Shown in pieces: positions 7,979 to 16,538 of a stretch of 32,000 nt of DNA. The translations under genes and the position numbers were made by a program. The DNA comes from Pyrobaculum aerophilum str. IM2 (lineage in GTDB: Archaea > Thermoproteota > Thermoprotei > Thermoproteales > Thermoproteaceae). Location of the stretch: contig NC_003364.1 of assembly GCF_000007225.1 (NCBI RefSeq), positions 1,170,001-1,202,000 on the forward strand, in the 5' to 3' direction. The notes under the pieces were generated by a model. The model was not told the origin of the DNA. It ran no database searches and saw only the letters and a list, made by a program, of their open reading frames with translations. Position 1 is the stretch's first letter. Each line of letters opens with the position of its first letter.

Positions 7979-9838
7979 GTGATAGTTGCGTGTACTAGAG
8001 ACTGCTACGACACTTGTATATTTAGAGCAGAAAAACGGGAAGGGCGCATCCGCTTGGTCCCAATAGGCGAATTCCCCACTCTGGGCTTCACCTGTGCAAG
8101 AGGCGTCGCCGATGTTAAACGCCTAAACTCGCCGAGGAGGGTAAAAACGCCGTTATTAAGGGGGGAGAGGCAAGTGGTGGAAGTCAGCTGGGAGAGGGCC
8201 CTTGGAGAATTGGCGGCGAGGATAAAAGAGGCAGAGCCCGAGGAGATTATCCACATTGACTACGACGGCAATCAAGGCCTTTTAACTTGGTACTACCCGC
8301 AAAGGCTTTTTAACGCCATCCGCTCAGCCTCGACGGACTATTCCATATGTAGCGCCGAGGGCAGCGAGGCGATTAAATTACACTGGGGGAGGTCATACGG
8401 CGCTATGCCTGAGGAGCTGGAGAAGAGGCCGGCGGCGTTCTGGGCTCTTGACGCATCAACGTCATTTATACACGGCTGGGCCCTGGCCAAGAGGGGGAGA
8501 AACCCCACGGCGGCTGTGGACGTAATTTGGACAAACACTATGAGACATGTGGACCTCCCCGTGTTAGTAAGGCCGGGGACCGACGTAGTGTTGGCGCTGG
8601 GAGTCGCGCGGGAGATAATCGAGATGGGAGCTTACGACAGGGAGTTCGTGGAGAGGCACACCCACGGCTTTGAACAATTTGTTAAACACGTGCAGAAATT
8701 CACCCCTCAATACGTAGAGGAGGAAGCCGGGGTGCCCCGCGACGTCTTTTATAAGCTAGTGGATTTCTACTTGAAAAAACCGGTGACAATAATAGGCTTT
8801 GCAATTGGGCGGACTGAAAACGGCGGCGACGCGGCCAGGGCCATATCTTTAATACACGCGTTATTAGGCGATCCCGCCGGCTTTTACTACTCAAATTCTG
8901 GGGCTTGGGGCATTGACTTTGCCTATATAAGGGGCCTACACGCGGCTAAGCCCAGTAAAGTAGTGCCCATGGGCCTAGTGGGAGGCGCTATCAGTCAGTT
9001 TAAAGTGGCATACGTGTGGAACGCAAACCCTGTGGCAACCCTCCCCCAAGGGGATAGAATTGCAAAAGCGGCGGAGAGGGGGGATATAACACTCGCCGTA
9101 CACACTCCGTTAATGGACGAAACAGCGGAGGCCGCACACATAGTACTCCCCGCGCCTCTCTACTTGGAAAAGGAGGATGTGGTGTACAGCTACTGGCACA
9201 ACTACTTGATATACAACACTGCGGTGGCCGACCCGCCGGGGTTTGCCAGGAGGGAGACTTGGGTCGTGAGGGAGTTGGCAAAACTCATAGGAGTCGGGGA
9301 CCACCCCTTAATGCGCGAAGATCCTTGGGATGCAGTTAATATTGCGCTAAAAGGCACTGGAATAACGCTTGAGGAATTGAGGAGGCGCGGGGCGGTGAGG
9401 CTCCCAGCCCCGGATTATTACAAATACCCCACTGCGACGGGGAAAGTGGAGTTCTACAGCGTGACAGCCGTTAAGAAGGGGCTACCCCCGTTGCCTGAGT
9501 ACAAGCCCCCGAGAAGAGACGCATACGTTTTAACATTCCCGCCCAATCCCCTATACACTAACAGCCAGTTTAGAGATATATACGGAGAGCCGGAGCCCGC
9601 GGTCTACCTAAACCCAAGCGATTTTGTTAGCGACTGCGTTGTCTTGTACAACGAGAACGGAGAGGCGGTTTTAAAAGCCAAGCCTAGCCCCCACGTGCCG
9701 CGCGGCGTGATCGTCTACACTGGCATTGGAAAAGACCTCAGGGGAGTCCCCATAAACACGCTGGCTAGAGGCGAGCCGGGGCCCTACGGCGGAACTCCGC
9801 GCCTCTATACGACGTACGTCAATATAAGGCCGTGTTAA
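7979..9838 (+). CDS. molybdopterin (bis-MGD) oxidoreductase family protein, cytoplasmic type
   Basis: 619-aa ORF with an N-terminal CTRDCYDTC...C Fe4S4-domain motif. Length and overall layout fit the DMSO-reductase superfamily. It has no twin-arginine signal. Confidence 0.8.
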   Translation: MIVACTRDCYDTCIFRAEKREGRIRLVPIGEFPTLGFTCARGVADVKRLNSPRRVKTPLLRGERQVVEVSWERALGELAARIKEAEPEEIIHIDYDGNQGLLTWYYPQRLFNAIRSASTDYSICSAEGSEAIKLHWGRSYGAMPEELEKRPAAFWALDASTSFIHGWALAKRGRNPTAAVDVIWTNTMRHVDLPVLVRPGTDVVLALGVAREIIEMGAYDREFVERHTHGFEQFVKHVQKFTPQYVEEEAGVPRDVFYKLVDFYLKKPVTIIGFAIGRTENGGDAARAISLIHALLGDPAGFYYSNSGAWGIDFAYIRGLHAAKPSKVVPMGLVGGAISQFKVAYVWNANPVATLPQGDRIAKAAERGDITLAVHTPLMDETAEAAHIVLPAPLYLEKEDVVYSYWHNYLIYNTAVADPPGFARRETWVVRELAKLIGVGDHPLMREDPWDAVNIALKGTGITLEELRRRGAVRLPAPDYYKYPTATGKVEFYSVTAVKKGLPPLPEYKPPRRDAYVLTFPPNPLYTNSQFRDIYGEPEPAVYLNPSDFVSDCVVLYNENGEAVLKAKPSPHVPRGVIVYTGIGKDLRGVPINTLARGEPGPYGGTPRLYTTYVNIRPC

Positions 9839-9865
9839 ATTAATTATTCCACTCGATTAAAAAAC

Positions 9866-10570
9866 GTGTTCGACAATCACGTCCACTGCCACGAATTTCC
9901 CCGGGACGAAATAACACAATACCAAAAGGACTGGACGCTGGTATGCGTTTCTGATGATCTAGAGTCCTCTAAAAAGACCGTTGAGCTTCAAGGTGTGGTG
10001 AAGTGTATCGGCATACACCCGTGGCAGGTAGAGAGGGCAGAGCCAGGCGATTTAAACACAACTCTGCGCCTCATTGAGAAATGGGAAGTTCCCTGTGTGG
10101 GGGAGGTGGGCCTCGACAAGAAGTTCGTCCCCCACAGTTACGACAAACAAGTGGAGTATTTCCGCGCCTTTTTAAAACTGGCCAGAGAGCTGGACTTAGT
10201 GGTCAACGTACACGCGCCGGACGCGTGGCAAGACGCCTTGGAGATGCTTAGGAGAGCCGACGTAGACAGAGCAATAATACATTGGTTCACAGGGCCTTTA
10301 CAACTGCTTGAGACAATTAAAGACTACGGTTATTATATCACAATAAACCCCGCGGTGGCCATCCAGAGAAAACACCAAGAGGTCGCCAAGACGGCAGACC
10401 GCAGAATAGTGTTGTTAGAAAGCGACGGGCCCTATGAGTACAGAGGGATGAGGCTGGCGCCGCCTGTTATTAAAAACACCGTGGAAAAACTCTCCGAGCT
10501 GTGGGAGGCGCCTAAGGATTACGTCGTGGAAGTAGTGGAGACAAACGCCAAGCGCCTATGGCGTCTGTAG
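9866..10570 (+). CDS. tatD: TatD-family metal-dependent hydrolase
   Basis: N-terminal HVHCH and GEVGLD motifs; 234 aa. Confidence 0.85.
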   Translation: MFDNHVHCHEFPRDEITQYQKDWTLVCVSDDLESSKKTVELQGVVKCIGIHPWQVERAEPGDLNTTLRLIEKWEVPCVGEVGLDKKFVPHSYDKQVEYFRAFLKLARELDLVVNVHAPDAWQDALEMLRRADVDRAIIHWFTGPLQLLETIKDYGYYITINPAVAIQRKHQEVAKTADRRIVLLESDGPYEYRGMRLAPPVIKNTVEKLSELWEAPKDYVVEVVETNAKRLWRL

Positions 10571-11397
10571 ACGACATAGTCGACTTGCTGGCCAGAGTCC
10601 GGGAGAGGAGCCGGGGCCTGCTCATAAACCTAGAGGGGAAATACACCGCAGTCGGCGATCTCCACGGCGATTTGGCGACTTTAGAGCTTGTGTTAAAAGA
10701 GTGGGAGGGGCCGTATTTATTCCTAGGGGACTACGTGGACAGGGGGGATAAGGGGCTTGAGGTAGTTACCACAGTCTTCCAGCTGTACCTAGAGGGGAAA
10801 GCCGCCGTTTTGCGCGGCAATCACGAATCTCCTATTATGAACATTGAGGGCGGCTTTTTAGACGAACTCTGCGAAAAACTCGGCAGGAAGTGCGGCTACG
10901 TCTATAAGGAGTTTGAAAAGACCTTCGCAACGCTCCCCCTAGCCGCCGTTGTTAATAGAAAAATTGTAGCGCTACACGGAGGCATACCGCTGAGAGAAGA
11001 CATGACCCCAGCTACTTTGGCAGAGCTCGAAAAAATAGAGGGCGACCTCACGGCGCCGCAAAACCCACTGGCCTTTCAGACGCTGTGGAACGACCCCTGT
11101 CCTTGCGACAAATACTCGCCGAGCCCCCGAGGCCCCGGCATATGGCTGTTTGGCCGGGATGTGACGAGGGAATTCCACAAACTCCACAACACCGCCGTGG
11201 TGATTAGGGGGCACACCTACGTCCCCCAGGGCTGCGCGGTGCACCACGGAGGCGGTGTGGTCACCGTGTTTTCCTCTTCCGCGGGCCCCTACCAAAAGAC
11301 CAAGCCGAAGGTCGCCCTTGTAAAAAACGGAGTCGAGGTGTACGACGCGGCGACAAAAAACAGCGCCAAATGCCCCGAGGATGTCGACGTCTTTTAG
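10558..11397 (+). CDS. PPP-family Ser/Thr protein phosphatase (metallophosphoesterase)
   Basis: GDLHGD, GDYVDRG and GNHE motifs in canonical order. It overlaps tatD by 13 nt. Confidence 0.85.
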   Translation: MASVDDIVDLLARVRERSRGLLINLEGKYTAVGDLHGDLATLELVLKEWEGPYLFLGDYVDRGDKGLEVVTTVFQLYLEGKAAVLRGNHESPIMNIEGGFLDELCEKLGRKCGYVYKEFEKTFATLPLAAVVNRKIVALHGGIPLREDMTPATLAELEKIEGDLTAPQNPLAFQTLWNDPCPCDKYSPSPRGPGIWLFGRDVTREFHKLHNTAVVIRGHTYVPQGCAVHHGGGVVTVFSSSAGPYQKTKPKVALVKNGVEVYDAATKNSAKCPEDVDVF

Positions 11398-11622
11398 CGC
11401 CCGTCTCACGCCACGCCTCTTCTCAGCGCGCAGCACTCCGTTCCCAATGCCTGTCACACGTCATAGCCCAAGAGGGCGGGGGAGTGAGCGCCAGACAAGG
11501 CGCGCATTGTTTAAAACATCTGTTTCCACGCTACGGGGCGCATGCTCCATATTCGGCATAAGGCAAAAAGATAATTGCTATTTGGCTAAAGTAAAAAAAA
11601 AGGTTTAGGACTTACCGCCATT

Positions 11623-13776
11623 ATGGACACATACAGAGTAGCTAAAATAGCCACATTGCTGGCGTGGGCTTTAGTAGTCTTAGCCTACGGGCAGCCGCCT
11701 CAGCAGACGCCTTCTTCTGAGATGGGGTTTATCTGTGCCACCGCAGGGGAATTAGGCGTCGCGGGAGAGCCTCCAAATCTGGCCTTCTCCGTGTTTGAGA
11801 AAGGCGTTTGGAGGCCGGCCGACGCCTTCATCGAGCCGGAGAACGTCACGTTCCTCCTAGTCCCGCTTATAAACGGCGATAAGCCGGAGAGGGGCATCGT
11901 CCAGGGCCAGCTACCGCCTTCTGTTTTGAAAAACGAGACGGTGATATGCTTCAAAGCGGGTAGAGGGTCGCCTAGGGCAAAACCTCCCGTCGAGGGCAAG
12001 CTGGCAGTGGTCAAGAGGCAGGGCATGGTATACCACGTCTTTATCACAAGAGCGGATGCCGCCCCGCACGCCAATTTCAGCATTGCGCAGATGGGCAGAC
12101 CCCATGGCGAGAGGCCGGACGAGGTGAAGACAGAGGGGGCGCTTCCTAAGAGTGTGCCGAGAGTCGGAGGCGAAGCTACGGCGCAACTTATAACTGGCAT
12201 GACCTATTGGGCTACCTTTAAGCTCTATAAGGCTTTTAACAAGACGCTTGGGCTTGGACAGTGCGCAGAATTCGAATTCGACGTCCCGGCTGAAACCGCC
12301 GATGTGGCTTTGGCGTTGCTAGGCGGAACTACGCCGGGCACCTACGGCTACTACGTGGAGAAGTGGCAGAACGGCGTTAAGAAGGCCACCTTCACTGGGA
12401 CGACCACAGTATACAGCGAATCGCCACAGACCATAGCAGTATGGATGGGCGGCGGGAGAGCCACGTACAAGGGGCGTATATGCAACTCCTACCTCTCCAG
12501 CGCCACGGTTTACACCGCGGTTCTCGTGAAGGTAAGCAACCAACAGCAATACCTTAGACATGACACGACAAAAATGCCAAAGATCGGGATACATTTATCC
12601 ACTCTCTTTGACTCAAAACTGCTTGAAAATACTAGGCTTTTAAAGAACAGCTACGTGGCGGTGCCCGGCTTTATAGTAGATGCAGCGTCTCAGATAACTG
12701 TAGATGTCTACCTCCGCGTGCTCAAAAGCAGGGCCTCGTCCACGCTTAACCTATACTGGGGCTCGCTATATCTAGGCTCTGTGACTGGCTACACGGATCC
12801 AAGCGATAGCAATTATCTAATATTCAAAGCCAGGGTTACAATACCTGACAACTTGTACATGGTGCTTCTCCCCACCGACGGACTAGGCAGCGTTATCTCC
12901 ATAGGGCCTGTGGACGCCTCTCCTGGCTTCGACGCCGAGGTTCAAATCTGGTTATACGTCAGGCGGCCTGTGGAACTTGCGCCCGCAGGAGATCAATTAT
13001 ACACGTCTGCATATACTAAGAGGTTTAGAGAGACTACGTTGATTTTCTACGACGTAGTAGGCGGGCCCAGCGGAATTGCATTTATGACACAACTCGAATA
13101 CATGGAGTGGCCGCGCGGCTACAGGATTGTATTAGGCACGCAACCGCTGGTCATAGACGGCTGGACAGGCAAAAGCAACTTCATCGGACTCAGGTACTAC
13201 ATAAAAGCGTTTGACTCAAATTCAAGACCCGTGAGGATTACGGCTGGTACTGACGGCATTGTATATAAGTCCGGTTCAAACACATTACTAGAGATGATAC
13301 GAGACGTATCAACAGCGCTAAGTTTCTACGACTTGGCCAAGAGCACTATTGACGCATTGAAGAAAACCACTGCGAGTTTCCCAGTGATTGGCTACGTTAC
13401 ACTGCTTTTGAGTAGCTACGTGGATACGGTGTCTGCAGATGTTAAAGTTTATTATCCTGACCTCTATACTGCTGTTTTGGAGTTCAAGACGGGCGGATAC
13501 AACGAGCCCCTCTCAACGGTCTACTTACTATCTTTTGAAGGGCCTGCTGACACTAATGTAGTAACTAGGGTAGAGGTAGGCCGTTGCGACAGTATCTCAT
13601 GTTATTGGATGCCAATTTTTAGCGCTGAGGGGCCCGCCCTGCCCATTACTACGCTTGGTCATGTCGGCACAAGTTCCTCCTTTAATGCGTTTCCGTATAG
13701 GACGTTGACGTGTGGCGTGCAAGAAATACCTCATTCTCAAGATCCCGATTACTGCTTGCGCCAATACTTTAGGTGA
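11623..13776 (+). CDS. large secreted hypothetical protein (717 aa) with an N-terminal signal/anchor
   Basis: Long ORF with a hydrophobic N-terminus (IATLLAWALVVLAYG). It is Tyr/Thr/Ser/Gly-rich and probably beta-rich, with many N-x-S/T sequons. An A-rich box lies about 25 nt upstream. I recognise no domain. Confidence 0.6.
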   Translation: MDTYRVAKIATLLAWALVVLAYGQPPQQTPSSEMGFICATAGELGVAGEPPNLAFSVFEKGVWRPADAFIEPENVTFLLVPLINGDKPERGIVQGQLPPSVLKNETVICFKAGRGSPRAKPPVEGKLAVVKRQGMVYHVFITRADAAPHANFSIAQMGRPHGERPDEVKTEGALPKSVPRVGGEATAQLITGMTYWATFKLYKAFNKTLGLGQCAEFEFDVPAETADVALALLGGTTPGTYGYYVEKWQNGVKKATFTGTTTVYSESPQTIAVWMGGGRATYKGRICNSYLSSATVYTAVLVKVSNQQQYLRHDTTKMPKIGIHLSTLFDSKLLENTRLLKNSYVAVPGFIVDAASQITVDVYLRVLKSRASSTLNLYWGSLYLGSVTGYTDPSDSNYLIFKARVTIPDNLYMVLLPTDGLGSVISIGPVDASPGFDAEVQIWLYVRRPVELAPAGDQLYTSAYTKRFRETTLIFYDVVGGPSGIAFMTQLEYMEWPRGYRIVLGTQPLVIDGWTGKSNFIGLRYYIKAFDSNSRPVRITAGTDGIVYKSGSNTLLEMIRDVSTALSFYDLAKSTIDALKKTTASFPVIGYVTLLLSSYVDTVSADVKVYYPDLYTAVLEFKTGGYNEPLSTVYLLSFEGPADTNVVTRVEVGRCDSISCYWMPIFSAEGPALPITTLGHVGTSSSFNAFPYRTLTCGVQEIPHSQDPDYCLRQYFR

Positions 13777-14349
13777 ATGCGGTTAATAGGCCGTTTTGGT
13801 TTAAAATCCTCATTTTTTCTCTACCTCCTCAACATCCCTCTTTACCTTATATTTTTTCTATGGCATCATCCTCTACCGTATGTGGGCCTCGTTAGCGGCC
13901 TGACGTATCTGCTGGCGTATTTTATGGCTTGCGGCCGGTTTTTGACAACCATCATGATTTACGTTCCCGGCGTCTTAGCTCTTCTTGCAAGCGCTCTTTT
14001 AGGCGATGTTATAATACTGGGGGGTAGGCTTGTCGAGCTGTACTTTATTACAGCCTTCTTTGCCTCTCTGATATACGCCGCTACCTTTGGCAGAGGGGTT
14101 GGGAGGGCGTTGTCGGTGGTACTTCTCCTTATTTCAGTTGCGATAGGCGGCGTGTTAATAGTAGTCATAGCTTCTCTCTGGCGTATGGCGGTGCCCACCC
14201 TTGGCTTCGCGCCTTGGTTGCCAGAGCCCCAAGACGCCCCCATTTACGTCGTATTATATGAATTTTGGCGGAAAATCCACACATACCCCAAAAGCGTTAA
14301 ATGCGGAAGAGAGATGGCTACGCAGGAGACGGCTAAGAAGGGCCAGTAG
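13777..14349 (+). CDS. polytopic membrane protein (about 5 TM), hypothetical
   Basis: Its ATG directly abuts the upstream TGA (TGAATG). Hydrophobic segments run throughout. Confidence 0.55.
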   Translation: MRLIGRFGLKSSFFLYLLNIPLYLIFFLWHHPLPYVGLVSGLTYLLAYFMACGRFLTTIMIYVPGVLALLASALLGDVIILGGRLVELYFITAFFASLIYAATFGRGVGRALSVVLLLISVAIGGVLIVVIASLWRMAVPTLGFAPWLPEPQDAPIYVVLYEFWRKIHTYPKSVKCGREMATQETAKKGQ

Positions 14350-14386
14350 GCGTAGTGGAAAATAGCCGCTGGGAGACAGCCTTGTT

Positions 14387-14917
14387 CTAACACTCGTTCT
14401 TGAGCCCTTTGGGCGGGGTGACGCCTCTCTGCCCCTGGTAGAGGCCAGAGTACTGCGCCCTGCCCTCAGTCTTAGCCAAGACTAGGTGCAAGAAGCGCAT
14501 GCCCCGCCTAAGCACTATAGTGTTGGGGGTCTCGTTCACTACCTCAATAGTTATATTCCCCTCAAAGCCCGCGTCTACTATAGTCGGCGGTATGACTAGA
14601 CCGTAGCGGGCTAGAGTCGACCTCAAATTGGCAAATCCCACTACATCATCAGGCATTTTAACGTACTCCTCAGTGGTAAGCAGAGCAAAATTACGTGGCG
14701 GTATTACCACTTCATCGGCCTTCACAACGCGGAAGAGGTGCCTAGCGCTCTCCAGCTCACACGGCTTTATCACAACGCCCTCATAGGCGTATATGGCGTA
14801 CTCGCCGCCGATCCTCAAGTCCAGGCCGTTTTCCCTAATAGTGTCTGGGTAGAGGGGATCTACCTTTAGTCTGCCAGTTGATATTAACTTCTTCAACTCG
14901 TCATTAGCCAATATCAT
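14387..14917 (-). CDS. dcd: dCTP deaminase
   Basis: MILANDELKKLISTGRLKVDPL N-terminus and AGFEGNITIEVVN motif. ATG 14917 is preferred over the track start at 15043 because a TATA-like T-run lies about 22 nt upstream and the extension overlaps the divergent gene. Confidence 0.9.
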   Translation of the reverse strand: MILANDELKKLISTGRLKVDPLYPDTIRENGLDLRIGGEYAIYAYEGVVIKPCELESARHLFRVVKADEVVIPPRNFALLTTEEYVKMPDDVVGFANLRSTLARYGLVIPPTIVDAGFEGNITIEVVNETPNTIVLRRGMRFLHLVLAKTEGRAQYSGLYQGQRGVTPPKGLKNEC

Positions 14918-15003
14918 ACTTCCCACCGCTCTCCCAGCTAAAAAACCAGTAGTCAGTAAACGTCTCAATCCGAACATTACTCTTATATTTCGGCTGTCGG
15001 ATA

Positions 15004-15516
15004 TTGGCAATGGACTTAAGACAGTTATTAGAGCCGATATCAAAATATCTCAGCCACCCAGTGGTCGGCGGCTGGATATGGTTTATGATTATCGCCTTTG
15101 CCCTCGCGTTGATAGCATCAATTCCGCCCAGGCGCCCGCTAACCAGTTGGATTGGCGACTTCTTCATAAAGTGGGGGCTCGCGGGAATATTAGTCTGGTT
15201 TGTAGTAAACGGGATCTGGGCCATTAGAGAGGTAATGGGGCAGAGGCTAATTATACCCTTCACGCCGCTGGAGGGCTACCTTGAATACGCCACTGTGTGG
15301 AGCGCTGTGTTGACCGGCATGGCGACATTTCTCTTCTTCGGGTCAACGCTGTTATTAAGGGCTATATTTGCCCGCGATGAGTTGCCCAGGGGGCTAGTGT
15401 ACTATAGGCAAGAGGTTGTAATTGCAAACCCCGAGGCCGACGTGGCGGCCCCCCAGGCTGAGCCCGTGAAAGCTAAGGCGATAGTAGTGGACAACAGGAG
15501 GGAGAAAAGGCGCTAG
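15004..15516 (+). CDS. membrane protein, hypothetical, with a charged C-terminal tail
   Basis: 170-aa ORF with about 4 hydrophobic segments. A TATA-like box (CTTATATTT) lies about 27 nt upstream. Confidence 0.5.
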   Translation: MAMDLRQLLEPISKYLSHPVVGGWIWFMIIAFALALIASIPPRRPLTSWIGDFFIKWGLAGILVWFVVNGIWAIREVMGQRLIIPFTPLEGYLEYATVWSAVLTGMATFLFFGSTLLLRAIFARDELPRGLVYYRQEVVIANPEADVAAPQAEPVKAKAIVVDNRREKRR

Positions 15517-15785
15517 CCCGGGTGTATATACGCTAAGAGTAAGACTACGTCGTCTTTTTTCACGGGCGTATTCAAGCCAGACAGCAAGCGGATGTCAACG
15601 TCATTAACGGCGATGTAAATATCGGCTCGGGGCCGGCCGTCTTCCCCCACAACGCGTTTGTAGAGCTTCGGGGATATTGATGACAGTGCCGACAAAATCT
15701 CCTTGACTGTTGCGCCCTCCAATACCACTTCGTCTCTACCGCCAGCTAGCGCCACGAGGACGCCTGCTAATTTCACTCTGGGCAT
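15513..15785 (-). CDS. MoaD/ThiS-like beta-grasp (ubiquitin-fold) protein with a non-canonical C-terminus (..IHPG)
   Basis: 90 aa from ATG 15785. By eye it is collinear with archaeal MoaD (EGATVKEIL..., IAVNDVDIRLLSGLNTPVKKDDVV). It ends HPG* rather than GG*. Confidence 0.7.
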   Translation of the reverse strand: MPRVKLAGVLVALAGGRDEVVLEGATVKEILSALSSISPKLYKRVVGEDGRPRADIYIAVNDVDIRLLSGLNTPVKKDDVVLLLAYIHPG

Positions 15786-15798
15786 GTGGTGTGTCACG

Positions 15799-15813
15799 TT
15801 TTTTAATATAAAA
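15799..15813. promoter_or_regulatory. single central TATA element shared by the divergent MoaD-like and ogt genes
   Basis: TTTTTTAATATAAAA is centred about 23 nt from ATG 15785 (minus strand) and about 20 nt from GTG 15828 (plus strand), within a 42-bp spacer. Confidence 0.5.
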
Positions 15814-15827
15814 CATCTATATCGCAA

Positions 15828-16274
15828 GTGATTTGTTCTCAGTACGGCCCTGTTGTAGTGGGGTGGGACGGCTCCAAGACTTTTGTAAATCCCAGCCGGT
15901 GTTCAAAAAGGGTAGGCCTAGCCGAGTTTCTAGAATTAATTAATATCGACGAGATAGACAAGAGGCTATTATACCTCCTGGGAATTCCCCGGGGCTATGT
16001 GACTACGTACAAACTATATGCCGAGGTGCTGGGCACAAGCCCCAGGCACGTGGGCTGGCTAATGGCGAGAAACCCCCTGCCGGTAATTTTGCCCTGTCAC
16101 CGCGTGGTCAAGAGCGACTTCTCGCTGGGGGGCTATACTGGCGGCGTGGAGGTAAAAAAGAAGTTACTCGCCTATGAAGGCGCCTTGTGCGGGGATAGGC
16201 CCTGCCGCGTCGTGAGGCCCAGAATGATTGATGACGTGCGCGACGCTTTGTTCAAAAGCCTCGGGCTGGCATAG
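15828..16274 (+). CDS. ogt: methylated-DNA--protein-cysteine methyltransferase
   Basis: PCHRVV active-site motif in LPVILPCHRVVKSDFSLGGYTGG. Confidence 0.85.
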   Translation: MICSQYGPVVVGWDGSKTFVNPSRCSKRVGLAEFLELINIDEIDKRLLYLLGIPRGYVTTYKLYAEVLGTSPRHVGWLMARNPLPVILPCHRVVKSDFSLGGYTGGVEVKKKLLAYEGALCGDRPCRVVRPRMIDDVRDALFKSLGLA

Positions 16275-16310
16275 GAGAGATTGTTATAAATAGCTCTCGG
16301 GTTTGTGCCA

Positions 16311-16538
16311 ATGCCCGTAAAGGTAAAGATAGACAGGTCTAAGTGCGTTGTCGCCCACTTCTGCCTGTTCTACGCCCCGACTGTTTTTATACCCGGCGAT
16401 GGGGGCAAGCCGGTGATCTCGCCGGAATACGCCTCTGGTGGGATGGAAGAGGGGTACGTGCCGGAGGAATTGTACGACCAAGTCAAAGAGGCAGAGAGGC
16501 ACTGCCCGTCTAGGGCGATAAAAGTGTATAGGGAATGA
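16311..16538 (+). CDS. small monocluster ferredoxin-like protein (CxxAxxC...CP)
   Basis: Collinear with about 60-75 aa single-cluster ferredoxins (KVKIDRSKCVVAHFC...FIPGDGGKP...HCPSRAIKV). ATG 16311 lies about 23 nt from the TATA box TTATAAATA (16284-16292). Confidence 0.6.
   Translation: MPVKVKIDRSKCVVAHFCLFYAPTVFIPGDGGKPVISPEYASGGMEEGYVPEELYDQVKEAERHCPSRAIKVYRE

Noticed and set aside
12262-12273. GAATTCGAATTC tandem hexamer
   Set aside because: It lies inside the 717-aa ORF, encodes EFEF, has only two copies and is most likely chance.
14918-15043. N-terminal extension of dcd in the ORF track (start 15043)
   Set aside because: The conserved dCTP deaminase N-terminus begins at MILANDE (ATG 14917), which has a T-rich box about 22 nt upstream. 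The extension overlaps the divergent membrane-protein gene and its promoter.
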